Numbered from the stretch's first letter, positions 54,749-64,000 are shown. The stretch: 64,000 bases of DNA from Candidatus Dormiibacterota bacterium (GCA_963697085.1 CAVOMR010000002.1:336070-400069); one strand, 5' to 3'. The notes: generated by a model from the sequence alone, not told the origin. Program-made: numbers and translations.

Positions 54749-56869
54749 TCACGGATGCTGGCATGAGCCACGCTCACCTAACGCACTGCCTTCGTTAGGC
54801 ACCGCGTCGACGGGACGCCGCAATCGTTGTCGCACTGCCACCACGGTTTCCTGCAGGGGCAACTCCCCGGACACGGTAGTCCCAGCACCGGGCCGAGAGA
54901 GCACCTGCACCGTACCGCCGAGCGCGTCCACCCGATCGTTTATGTTGGTGAGTCCGGCACCCTGGCGTGCGGTTGCGGTCTCGAACCCCGTGCCGTCATC
55001 CTCCACCTCGAACGTCAAAGTGGCGGGATCCATGCTGGCACGCAGGCGCACCACAACCTGGGACGCCCCAGCATATTTCTGCACGTTCTGGAGCGCCTCG
55101 AGCACGCAGAAGTAGACCGTCGCCTCGATGTCCTGCGCGTAGCGCCCGACCCCGGCGGAGTCCACGCGCACCGGCACCGTCGCCTTGCGCGCCTGCGACT
55201 CCAGGGCCACAGCTAGCCCTTTCTCAGCGAGCAGGGGCGGGTAGATCCCCCGCGCCAGGTCGCGGAGCGTCTCGAGGGCTTCGTCTGCATCGGACTTGAG
55301 CTGCTCAAGGATCGCCGCCGCCTTCGCCGGATCGCGTGCCAGGAGCATTTCCGCCAGTCCCAGTTTCACCTTCAAGGCGACCAGATGCTGCTGAGCGCCA
55401 TCATGGAGGTTACGCTCCAGACGGCGCCGCTCCACGTCCTGGGCGCTCACCAATCGCTGTCGCGAGGCTCGCAATTCATCGAGCCGCGCGCGCAGGTCTG
55501 CGCTCAGCCCCACATTCTTGAGCACCAATCCTGCCTGGTGAGCCAGGTCGTCGACCAGCTTCTCCTCGATCGGAGTGAGGGCTTCGCCGCGGCGCTTGTT
55601 CACGCTCAACGCCCCGAGCACTTCGCCCTGATGGCGTACCTCCACCGCACGGGTCGCTTCCTCAAGTACCGGCAGCGATCCGGTGGGCATCGGTACGGCA
55701 ATGTGCCTTCCCTCTCCGTTCGGAAATGTCGCCGCGGGCCGCAGTTCCTCCGCCCCGCGCAGCCATACCGTCGCCAACTCCGCGCCCGTCCCCTCCTGGA
55801 GCACCCTCGCCATGCGTGGCAGCACCTCGTCAGCCGCATACGTCTCCGCCACTCGTCCCGAGAATTCGCTCAACACTTCGTACGGAGTTGCGCGTTTGCC
55901 ATACACCAACCGGTTGGCGACCTTCTGGACCCGCTCCCGTACCGGTTGGAAGCCGATCGCGACGATCGCCGTGGCGAGGATCGACAGCGCCAGATTGGGC
56001 TTGCCGCCGCTCCCCACCAGTGTCCCAATCCCCACCGCGATGCCCACGTACACCGCCGTGATGAACACCGCAAGTGACCCGTACACGAGCGTTCGGCTGA
56101 TGAACACGTCCAGGTCGTACAACCCGTACCGCATCACCGCCAACCCGATGGTTGCGGGCACGAGCAGATAGAATCCGAAACCGAATCCGGCATTGCTGAT
56201 GTTGTTGCCGAGCGCCTCGTTGGCACTGTTCACGACGAATCCGACAACAATGACGAGGATGGATGTCGCCGCGACATATGAAAACCAGCGCATTTGAATG
56301 CGTTCAACGCCCCGAGAGCGGCGGAGGCGCACCACCACCGCGGCCAGTACGGTAACGAGCGCCAAGAGGATGCCGACGTTGATCGGTCCGTTGCCGCTTG
56401 TGACGTTGTTGAGCGCGTCCACCTCCAGCGGGTTAGGAACGCTGGGGAGGCGTGGTGACAACTGCTGGGACGTTACGGCGATTGCTGACGCAAGGAGTGC
56501 TACGGCCGCCAGGGCTGACACCACCCAAACAGCCCACCGCCACCGCCGGTCCGGAAGCAGCCGGCCGTCGGGGAAGAGGAGGATAAGGAAAGCGATCAAC
56601 AGCGCCCCGATCGCTCCGGTCTCGTTGTACACCCAGGCTGCCCACCCCACCCAGCTGTGGGGCGAGGCGCTGCTCAATATCCCGCGGATCGCGACAAAGT
56701 TGGCGGTCAGCGAGATCGCGTTGCTGGCGGCGATCGCCAGGAGCAACCAACCAATCGGATGTCTCGGTCGGCGGGTCGCGACCAACACACCCAGGACTCC
56801 GATGATCGGCGCTGCGAAGAAGTATGGGAGCTGTGCGGTCCCTGGCGAGTTCGATCGCTTTCCAGTCAA
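54749..56869 (-). CDS. Sensor histidine kinase (multi-TM + GAF + HisKA_3 + HATPase_c), paralog 1; first TM helix displaced to another frame
   Basis: H-box RRRLERNLHDGAQQHLVAL and HATPase motifs. TTG start at 56869 follows an in-frame TAG. ORF 56433..56963 encodes MTMSSRIATRLAWGIGGVCLVLLILSLALLALDW, homologous to the paralog-2 N-terminus. Confidence 0.85.
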   Translation of the reverse strand: MTGKRSNSPGTAQLPYFFAAPIIGVLGVLVATRRPRHPIGWLLLAIAASNAISLTANFVAIRGILSSASPHSWVGWAAWVYNETGAIGALLIAFLILLFPDGRLLPDRRWRWAVWVVSALAAVALLASAIAVTSQQLSPRLPSVPNPLEVDALNNVTSGNGPINVGILLALVTVLAAVVVRLRRSRGVERIQMRWFSYVAATSILVIVVGFVVNSANEALGNNISNAGFGFGFYLLVPATIGLAVMRYGLYDLDVFISRTLVYGSLAVFITAVYVGIAVGIGTLVGSGGKPNLALSILATAIVAIGFQPVRERVQKVANRLVYGKRATPYEVLSEFSGRVAETYAADEVLPRMARVLQEGTGAELATVWLRGAEELRPAATFPNGEGRHIAVPMPTGSLPVLEEATRAVEVRHQGEVLGALSVNKRRGEALTPIEEKLVDDLAHQAGLVLKNVGLSADLRARLDELRASRQRLVSAQDVERRRLERNLHDGAQQHLVALKVKLGLAEMLLARDPAKAAAILEQLKSDADEALETLRDLARGIYPPLLAEKGLAVALESQARKATVPVRVDSAGVGRYAQDIEATVYFCVLEALQNVQKYAGASQVVVRLRASMDPATLTFEVEDDGTGFETATARQGAGLTNINDRVDALGGTVQVLSRPGAGTTVSGELPLQETVVAVRQRLRRPVDAVPNEGSALGERGSCQHP

Positions 56870-57237
56870 GCGCTAGTAGCGCGAGGCTAAGGATGAGAAG
56901 CACCAGACAGACGCCGCCGATCCCCCACGCCAGTCGCGTGGCAATGCGCGAGCTCATGGTCATCGAGGCCGGGCGCTCGCGCCGACCGATGGATGGAATT
57001 CCGACGCGTGAGCGAGGACGCTGGTTTTCAGATGCCGCGCACCGACCATCGACATGGCTGGGTGGCTTCGCCGGCCAATACGGGTCTGGGGTCGGTCTCG
57101 GTCATGCTGAACTCAGCGAAGGCGTGGCCGGTCCTTCAAACGATCTCGAGCTCGTCATCTCCGGGCGCGATTCCGATAGCGAACCCGAGGTGAGTGGTTC
57201 CCGTCGCATACCTCCAGTCTAGTCAGGCAGGCGGCGA

Positions 57238-58012
57238 TCGAAATGGGGCTGCCACCACAACATTCGGGGTGTTCCCACCCTCGCTGAGGAGCGGATACCG
57301 CTCGGCCCGTTAGGTGGTCCGGCTCGTGATGTGCGACGGGTTGCTGCCGATGGCACACCTGACCTGTGGCAACTCGACAGTCGAAGACCTGCTCGCCGAG
57401 ATCCGTGAGTACCCAGGCACTCGGCATCGAAAACGTCCTCGCTCTGCGCGGCGACCCACCCAATGGCGAGGGCGCATCGTCGCGCACGAGGGTGGGCTCC
57501 GCCACCGTAGCGAGCTGGTGCGCCCGCTGGCCGACAACGCCGACCTCTGCGTCGGCGCCGCATGCTCCCGGAGAAGCACTACGAGCCGGCGAGCCCTCCA
57601 GCAAAACGTCGCGGCGGCCATCGAGAATGTGGAGGCAGGCGCCGCCCTCCTGATCACTCAGCTCTTCCTCGACAACTCGGTGTACTTCGACTTCGTGTGG
57701 CGGCTGCGCAAGGCAGGCGTCGCCGTGCCGATCGTCCCGGGCATCATGCCGGTGACCAACGTCGACCAGGTGTCACGCTTCACCGCCAAGATCGGCGCAT
57801 CCAGACCGGCGGCGCTTCGCGCCGCGCTGGAGTCGCACTCTGAGGACCCGGCGGCGGTGCTGCAACTGGGCGTGGCCTGGGCGACCCTGCAGCGCAGTGA
57901 GCTGCTCCGCGCCGGCGCACCGGGCGTTCACTTCATCACAGTGAACCGATCTCCGGCGACGCGCGCCATCCTCAGCGCCCTCCGCATCGCCCAACCCTGG
58001 CTGCGCGATTAG
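57238..58012 (+). pseudogene. metF: Methylenetetrahydrofolate reductase remnant with at least 4 frame switches and N-terminal loss
   Basis: PMAHLTCG (frame a), GIENVLALRGDPPNGEG (frame b), HEGGLRHRSELV...CVGAA (a), PEKHYEPAS (c), VEAGAALLITQLFLDNSVYFDF...PIVPGIMPV (a). The SVTYGAGG region is missing. Confidence 0.75.
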
Positions 58013-58455
58013 TGCGAGGAACTGCCTCAGCTCGACGGTCTGTTCGATCCGCTGCCGATGGCCCGCTCGAGGGAGATGCGCGCGTACTGACGCGCGCGAA
58101 GGTCGCTGTACGTGGTGATGCCAAGTCTGCAACCGTGTTGAATCCAATGGTTGAGCCCGCTGCAATCAGACTGACACGGATCATCAGCACACCAGGGCGC
58201 GCCCGTCGACATCAACAGACGACAGCATGGAGTACTGCCACCCTAGCGCTCGGGGGCGGCCGCACCATCGACAGGGAATTGACGTGTAGATATCGTGCGC
58301 TCGTGACTGCACGCGGCGAGCGATCGACCCACAAGGATGGCGCGTTAGCACCGCGGGGAAGCAGGGATGTGCGAACGACGTGACCTCCAGATGCGATTCA
58401 GACCCGACCGCCTAACCGGGGCCTCGGTCGCCGCGACGCGCACCTCAGGCGCTGA

Positions 58456-59940
58456 GTGCACGGCTCGGCGCTACGACCGCAATTGGTTCGCGTGAGCCAC
58501 TCGCAGCCGGACGCCGTCGTGGTCGGCAGCGGGCCAAACGGGTTGGCGGCTGCGGTCGAGTTAGCACGCAACGGCGCATCGGTGCTGATGCTCGAGGCGG
58601 CCGAAACGATTGGAGGCGGCACTCGCACTGCTCAGCTGACGCTGCCCGGGTTCCACCACGACGTGTGCTCGTCGGCTCATCCGCTCGGCATTCTCTCGCC
58701 CTTCTTCTCGAAGCTCCCTCTCGACGACTACGGATTGAGCTGGATCCAACCCACCAACTCGGTCGCCCATCCCATGGAGAGCGCGCCGGCCGTCATCTTG
58801 GGGCCCTCGATCGAGGCAACTTCACGTGGACTCGAGCAAGACCAAGAGGCTTACTTACGCCTCGTGGGACCGCTGCTCCACCATCCTCAGGAATTGATCT
58901 GGGACGTGTTAGGCCCCGCCCGCTTCCCCAGACATCCGATTGTCATGGCTCGCTTCGGAGTGCCAGGACTGCTCCCCGCGTCGGTATTGGCACGAACATG
59001 GTTCCGCGGTCAACGGGCCCGCGCGCTTTTGGCTGGGTGCGCCGCCCATTCGGGCCTTCCGCTCTCGAGGCCGATGAGCGCGGCGGTCGGCATCCTATTC
59101 CTCTTCTCAGCGCACGTGGAGACCTGGCCCATCGCGCGAGGCGGCTCGGCGTCGATCACTAGCGCGCTTGCCGCGTACCTTCGGTCACTCGGTGGGACGA
59201 TCGAGACCAAGCGGCCGGTGCGCAGTCTCGCCGACTTGCCAGCCGGCCGCGTCCACCTCTTCGATACGGACCCCGCCCAGGTCGCTAGGATCGCCTCCAG
59301 CGTGCTGCCAGGCCCGTATGTGCGCCAACTCCTCAGTTTCCGCTACGGGCCTGGCGTGTTCAAAATCGACTGGGCGCTCGACGGTCCTGTCCCGTGGAGC
59401 GACCCGGCGTGTTCTAGCGCCGCGACGGTCCATATTGGCGGTACCCTCGAGGAGATTGCGGAATCCGAAGCCGCCGTGTGGCGCGGCCAGCACCCCGATC
59501 GGCCGTTCGTGATCATGGTCCAGTCGAGCCTCTTCGACTCCAATCGCGCGCCAGCGAACAAGCACACGGCGTGGGCGTACTGCCACGTGCCGTCAGGATC
59601 GGCGGTTGACCGCACCGACGTCATCGAGCGCCAAGTCGAGCGTTTCGCCCCAGGATTTCGCGACCGCATCCTAGCTCGCCACATCATGCGGACCGCCGAT
59701 CTCGAGATGTACAACGCAAACAACGTCGGTGGCGCGATCTCCGGGGGTATTACCGACCTCGGTCAGCTCTTTGCTCGTCCGGCGCTCCGGGTCAACCCCT
59801 ACTCGACCCCCAATCGCCAACTGTACATCTGTTCGGCGTCAACGCCACCGGGTGGTGGCGTCCACGGCATGTGCGGCTATCACGCGGCTCGAAGTGTTCT
59901 TCGACGCATGCCACGGATCGCCGAAAGGCGGTCCTGCTGA
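58456..59940 (+). CDS. NAD(P)/FAD-dependent oxidoreductase, phytoene-desaturase (CrtI-like) family
   Basis: 494 aa. Dinucleotide-binding motif VVVGSGPNGLAAAVELARNGASVLMLE. Confidence 0.85.
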   Translation: MHGSALRPQLVRVSHSQPDAVVVGSGPNGLAAAVELARNGASVLMLEAAETIGGGTRTAQLTLPGFHHDVCSSAHPLGILSPFFSKLPLDDYGLSWIQPTNSVAHPMESAPAVILGPSIEATSRGLEQDQEAYLRLVGPLLHHPQELIWDVLGPARFPRHPIVMARFGVPGLLPASVLARTWFRGQRARALLAGCAAHSGLPLSRPMSAAVGILFLFSAHVETWPIARGGSASITSALAAYLRSLGGTIETKRPVRSLADLPAGRVHLFDTDPAQVARIASSVLPGPYVRQLLSFRYGPGVFKIDWALDGPVPWSDPACSSAATVHIGGTLEEIAESEAAVWRGQHPDRPFVIMVQSSLFDSNRAPANKHTAWAYCHVPSGSAVDRTDVIERQVERFAPGFRDRILARHIMRTADLEMYNANNVGGAISGGITDLGQLFARPALRVNPYSTPNRQLYICSASTPPGGGVHGMCGYHAARSVLRRMPRIAERRSC

Positions 59941-60383
59941 AGTTGGTCTTCCGCGAGACCGCGCGCACGGAGTCGATCGATGCGGGCTCAGCCCGCGGTC
60001 GGGCTGTCGAGTTCGTCGAGACCGTCCCAACGACCGCACCGTCGACGACGGCCCGCTGACCCAAGAAGTTCCAACCAACGATTCAGTTTTGAGGACGATG
60101 GCTGCGACTGCAATCGCCCCCATCGTCAAGGCGGCCGGCCGCGCCCGTTTTCGACACCTCGCGTTGCCAGAGTGCCCTGCGCTGGCATAGCGGTTGCTCG
60201 CACCCTCGCGCTCACGATGAGATTGACGTCCGCGAGCCGCGTTTGCGTGCCCGCTCCGGTGGGCATGGCTGGATCGTGCGTGCAAATCGCCGAAGCTCAA
60301 ATAAGGCGGGCACCCCTTCTTGGGTTTGCGCTGAAATAGTCGACAGCAGCCTCCGATGCGCCCAATCCGCAAATGCGGTTCGT

Positions 60384-62522
60384 TCAGGTCAGCGCTGCGA
60401 TCCGCATGTGTGCCGGCACCGAGCCTCGAACGCAAGTCCCAGCCCCGGGTTCAGACCGGATCTCAACACTGCCGCCGAGTGCGTCTACACGATCGATCAT
60501 GTTGTTGAGGCCCGCCCCCGTGCGCACCGTCGCCGCGTCGAACCCCGCGCCGTCGTCTTCGACGGCGAACGTCAGTGTGTCCTCGCTCGCGCTGAGATGT
60601 ACCACCACCTGCGATGCGTACGCATACTTCTGCACGTTCTGCAACGCCTCGAGCACGCAGAAGTACACGGTCGCCTCCACGTCCTGCGGGTAGCGCCCCA
60701 CCCGCTCGGCTTCCACACGCACCGGCGTTGTCGCCTTACGAGCCTGCGATCCCAGAGCGACCACCAGCCCCTGGTCGGCGAGCAGGGGCGGGTAGATCCC
60801 CCGGGCCAGGTCACGCAAGGTCTCGAGCGCCTCGTCCGCATCCCCTTTGAGCTGCTCCAGGGTCTCCGCCGCCTTCGCGGGATCCCGTCCGAGGAGCATC
60901 TCCGCCAGCCCCAGCTTCACCTTCAAGGCCACCAGGTGCTGCTGCGCGCCGTCGTGGAGGTTGCGCTCCAGGCGCCGCCGTTCGACGTCCTGGGCGCTCA
61001 CCAGTCGCTGCCGGGAGGCGCGTAGCTCATCGAGGCGCGCCTGCAGGTCCGCGCTCAGCCCCACGTTCTTGAGCACCAACCCCGCCTGATGAGCCAGGTC
61101 GTCGACCAACTTCTCCTCAATCGGCGTCAGGGCTTCCCCGCGCCGCTTGCTCACGCTCAACGCTCCGAGCAGCTCCCCCTGGTGGCGCACCTCGACCGCC
61201 CGCGTCGCCTCTGGCACGACAGGCAGCGTCCCGTTGCTCATCCGCAGCGACTCGTGCACCGCCAGGTCCGCCGGGTACGTCGCCGCGGGACGTAGCTCTG
61301 TGTTGCCGCGCAGCCACACTGTCGCCAACTCCGCTCCCGTCCCCTCCTGAAGCACCCGCGCCATGCGGGGCAGCACCTCATCCGCCGCGTAGGTCTCCGC
61401 CACCCGTCCCGAGAACTCACTGAGCACCTCGTACGGCGTCGCCCGCTGCCCGTACACGAGCCGGTTGGCCACCCGCTGCACCCGCTCCCGAACCGGTTGG
61501 AATCCGATCGCCACGATCGCCGTTGCCAGGATCGACAGCCCCAGGTTGGGTTTCCCCCCATTTCCGACCAGCGTCCCGATCCCGACCGCGATGCTCACGT
61601 ACACCGCCGTGATCAAGACCGCCAACGACCCGTACACCAGCGTCCGGCTAATGAATACGTCGATGTCGTAGAGCCGGAATCTCAGCACTGCCACCCCGAT
61701 CGCGACCGGCAGCGCAACCCCGAACCCCGTGAGATTGATCAGCACGAGAGCGTCCGGGCTGTTAAGCGCCGACTGCGGAGCGACCAATGACCCGACGACG
61801 TCGACTGCGGTGACAGCCACTGTGACCACGATCACGAAGGCAATCCACTTCAACTGCGTCCGTTCCTCGCCTCGCGCACCACGGAGCCGCACGAGCGGAG
61901 CGGCAGCAGCCACGAGCAGGAACGCATATCCGCCGAACGACAGAAACCCGCCGGGACCCTGCGCTAGGGATTCCATTGCGGGGATAGCTGCGGGATTCGG
62001 TAGCTGCGGCTGGTTATCCGGACCTAGAAGCGGCGACGATCCGAGAGCTCCCAGACATACTGCGATGAACACCGTTGCAACCACGGCGAGCGGGACGACT
62101 GGCCGCCATCTTCGCGAAGGCAGGTGTCCGTCAGGTATTAGCAAGAGCGTGAGGGTCGCGGCCCCAGCCGGATACACAAGACCCTCCAGCCAGCTGTAAA
62201 TCCATAGCGCCCAAGCCGCTCCCGGCAGGCCGGGGTGGGTGATCACTGCCAGGCGCGAGTACTGGGCACCCACCCCTCCGAGCCCCATTACGACAGCCAT
62301 GAAAAGGAAGAGCCATCCGACCGGATTGCGCTGGCGCTGCGATGCGATCAAACCGCCCACCAACGCGAAAGTCAGGGACATCACCAGTTCCGTCGGAGTG
62401 ACGGCCGCGAGGCTGTCTATGGAACCGCGGTTCGCGATCACGAGCGCGGTGATCCCTGCGGTGAGTAATACCCCGCATGCCGCGAGTGCCCACGCCAGTC
62501 TGCTCAGGGTCCGTGCGCTCAC
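60384..62522 (-). CDS. Sensor histidine kinase (multi-TM + GAF + HisKA_3 + HATPase_c), paralog 2
   Basis: 712 aa. Long blocks near-identical in protein to paralog 1 (e.g. FISRTLVYGSLAV.ITAVYV.IAVGIGTLVG.GGKPNL). GTG start overlaps the stop of the upstream HK remnant (ATGTGA). Confidence 0.9.
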   Translation of the reverse strand: MSARTLSRLAWALAACGVLLTAGITALVIANRGSIDSLAAVTPTELVMSLTFALVGGLIASQRQRNPVGWLFLFMAVVMGLGGVGAQYSRLAVITHPGLPGAAWALWIYSWLEGLVYPAGAATLTLLLIPDGHLPSRRWRPVVPLAVVATVFIAVCLGALGSSPLLGPDNQPQLPNPAAIPAMESLAQGPGGFLSFGGYAFLLVAAAAPLVRLRGARGEERTQLKWIAFVIVVTVAVTAVDVVGSLVAPQSALNSPDALVLINLTGFGVALPVAIGVAVLRFRLYDIDVFISRTLVYGSLAVLITAVYVSIAVGIGTLVGNGGKPNLGLSILATAIVAIGFQPVRERVQRVANRLVYGQRATPYEVLSEFSGRVAETYAADEVLPRMARVLQEGTGAELATVWLRGNTELRPAATYPADLAVHESLRMSNGTLPVVPEATRAVEVRHQGELLGALSVSKRRGEALTPIEEKLVDDLAHQAGLVLKNVGLSADLQARLDELRASRQRLVSAQDVERRRLERNLHDGAQQHLVALKVKLGLAEMLLGRDPAKAAETLEQLKGDADEALETLRDLARGIYPPLLADQGLVVALGSQARKATTPVRVEAERVGRYPQDVEATVYFCVLEALQNVQKYAYASQVVVHLSASEDTLTFAVEDDGAGFDAATVRTGAGLNNMIDRVDALGGSVEIRSEPGAGTCVRGSVPAHMRIAALT

Positions 62523-62870
62523 ATCGCGCCAACCTTGCGCTCGTGAACAGCGCGCGTGCAGAGACGTGGCGGAGGGAGATTCCAGCCGGCCTGTCTCGCC
62601 GCACAGATCGCCCAGGTCAGAGCCACTATTCCCGTCGCAGGCTCGGACACCCGGTCACCCGCTCCCGCGAGCAACCTGGCTTGGATGCTGCCGCTGAGTG
62701 CGTCCACCAGGTCGTTCATGCTGGTCAGCCCGGCACCGTCCCGCACGGTCGCCACGTCGAAGCCAATCCGTCGTCCATGACCTCAGTTGCCAGACCGGGC
62801 GAGTCTGGTTGCCTTCCAGCGCGCGGTCCTCAGGTATGTACCCATGCCCGGCGCGCCCTCGGTTCACAGC
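62523..62870 (-). pseudogene. C-terminal (HATPase_c) remnant of a third paralogous histidine kinase
   Basis: LATEVMDDG / GFDVATVRDGAGLTSMNDLVDALSGSIQ compares with paralog 2 TLTFAVEDDGAGFDAATVRTGAGLNNMIDRVDALGGSVE. One missing base in the DDG-G codon run. The upper boundary is approximate. Confidence 0.55.
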
Positions 62871-62898
62871 GAGATGGTCTCGCGTGGGCGGCAGGCAG

Positions 62899-63915
62899 TC
62901 ATGAAGCTGCATTCTTGCGATGTGCATGTAGCTGTGCTAGTCGATCAATACTCACTTCGTCGCCACTGACCGACGCCACCCTGCAGCGTGTGATCGCGCG
63001 CAGCGTGGCATTGCGACGCTTGCCGGTGACTATGGCACCCTCTCCGATGATGGCACCGGGTCCCAGCTGCGCCACGACATCGCCGTCGATCTCGACCGCG
63101 AGGACACCGTCGAGAAGGAGATAGATGTCGCCGCGGCCTCGATCACCCTGTTTAACGAGCGTACGCCCCTCGTTCAGCGCGTGGAAATGTGGCTGGGCAT
63201 CGGGCCGCATGATATGGACAGAGAGATCACGCTCCAAAGCCGACTCGATCGCAGCTACAAGGATGGGCGAGTCCTCATCGCCCCAGGGAGTGTGCTTTCC
63301 GAATGCGCTGCGATACCACTGGTTGAAGTTCACCAGTCCCGATTTGAGCGCCAGATCGCCGTTCGCATCGAACACCCAGTGTCTCGGGAAGTGGCTGGCG
63401 CCACGCAGCTCATGCGTCACTCTGCCATCGGCGAACACGGTCAGTGTGAGCGTCGTCCAAGCCAGCGGAGCAGCGACCTGAACGAATGGCGGCCGACGTA
63501 CGCGCCGAGGCGCGGGAACACCCGTACGACCGCCAGCGGTCTGCGCGAATGTGACCCAGCCATCGCCGACCAAGGGGGTGTGCTGGAGGTCTGGAAAGGC
63601 AACCGCGGCGAAAACCACCTCCTGCCCTGCGAGGCGTAGCGTCGTTGATCCGATCCGCCCGCCACCGCTGTAACCGTGCGATGTGATGCGCCCGTCCTCC
63701 ACCTCAATCCAGGCGCTCAGGCGATTGGCGAATCGGAATCGGTCGTTGGCCTCTAGAGCATCGAGGTCATCGAGGTGATCGGGTGGTGGCTGGTCATAGT
63801 GAGCAACGCCCATTTCAAACGGCAGCTTGGTGACACCCTCGACCGCTTCCTGCGGAATCCATGAGATGGACGTGACTGAGGATTCGATACGCATGTGCTG
63901 TACCTCCGGGTCCAT
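62899..63915 (-). CDS. Cyclic-nucleotide-binding-domain protein with unknown N-terminal domain
   Basis: C-terminal cNMP-binding pattern GDIYLLLDGVLAVEIDGDVVAQLGPGAIIGEGAIVTGKRRNATLRA. An alternative start is at 63894. Confidence 0.8.
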   Translation of the reverse strand: MDPEVQHMRIESSVTSISWIPQEAVEGVTKLPFEMGVAHYDQPPPDHLDDLDALEANDRFRFANRLSAWIEVEDGRITSHGYSGGGRIGSTTLRLAGQEVVFAAVAFPDLQHTPLVGDGWVTFAQTAGGRTGVPAPRRVRRPPFVQVAAPLAWTTLTLTVFADGRVTHELRGASHFPRHWVFDANGDLALKSGLVNFNQWYRSAFGKHTPWGDEDSPILVAAIESALERDLSVHIMRPDAQPHFHALNEGRTLVKQGDRGRGDIYLLLDGVLAVEIDGDVVAQLGPGAIIGEGAIVTGKRRNATLRAITRCRVASVSGDEVSIDRLAQLHAHRKNAAS

Positions 63916-64000
63916 GGTTACCCACCCTGTGAGTGCCTGCGATGGTGCCGGCTCGACACTTCGCGAGGGTGTTCCCCACTGATCAGAGGGGTGGTCACCA

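Noticed and set aside
41600-54750. Calling the lower-GC segment a mobile element, prophage or ICE.
   Set aside because: No integrase, transposase, relaxase, capsid or terminase-like ORF is recognisable in any frame. Only indirect signs are present (GC shift, tRNA fragment, repeat pair), so it is reported as a hypothesis rather than as a feature.
58027-58215. 62-aa Cys-rich minus-strand ORF between the metF relic and the CrtI-like gene.
   Set aside because: No start context or recognisable motif. It overlaps other equally weak ORFs, so it was left uncalled.

Overview
High-GC (about 65-70% by eye), gene-dense, actinobacterium-like chromosomal segment with many GTG/TTG starts and 1-4 nt stop/start overlaps. 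The left end (73-7419, minus strand) is a translationally coupled group 1h/5 high-affinity-type [NiFe]-hydrogenase operon: hhyS, hhyL, a NifU-like gene, four conserved unknowns, a maturation protease and an atypical HypA. Next come PadR, a frameshifted LAL/LuxR regulator, a DUF4032 kinase-like gene, Lon protease, small unknown operons and a BNR/sialidase-like + MoaD-like pair. These are followed by a methyltransferase/UPF0104/YkoP trio, F420-type redox enzymes (DDN-like, LLM), MarR, GNAT, an ABC-2 exporter, a GGDEF protein, a 1025-aa S8 protease, an MFS exporter, RidA and VOC. From about 41.6 to 54.7 kb the GC content drops visibly and the content turns accessory: orphans, a second GGDEF protein, a long Acs and a secreted beta-helix protein. 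This stretch also holds a tRNA 3'-half fragment and a pair of ~108-nt imperfect direct repeats 10.3 kb apart, but no integrase. The right end has two paralogous multi-TM GAF histidine kinases plus a third HK remnant, a multiply frameshifted metF, a CrtI-like oxidoreductase and a cNMP-binding protein. At least ten genes look frameshifted or truncated. I recognised no rRNA, intact tRNA, CRISPR array, transposase or integrase. I found no clearly novel multi-gene system; the best candidates for follow-up are listed under findings with modest scores. All calls come from reading the ORF translations and the DNA by eye; family names are from memory, not from searches.
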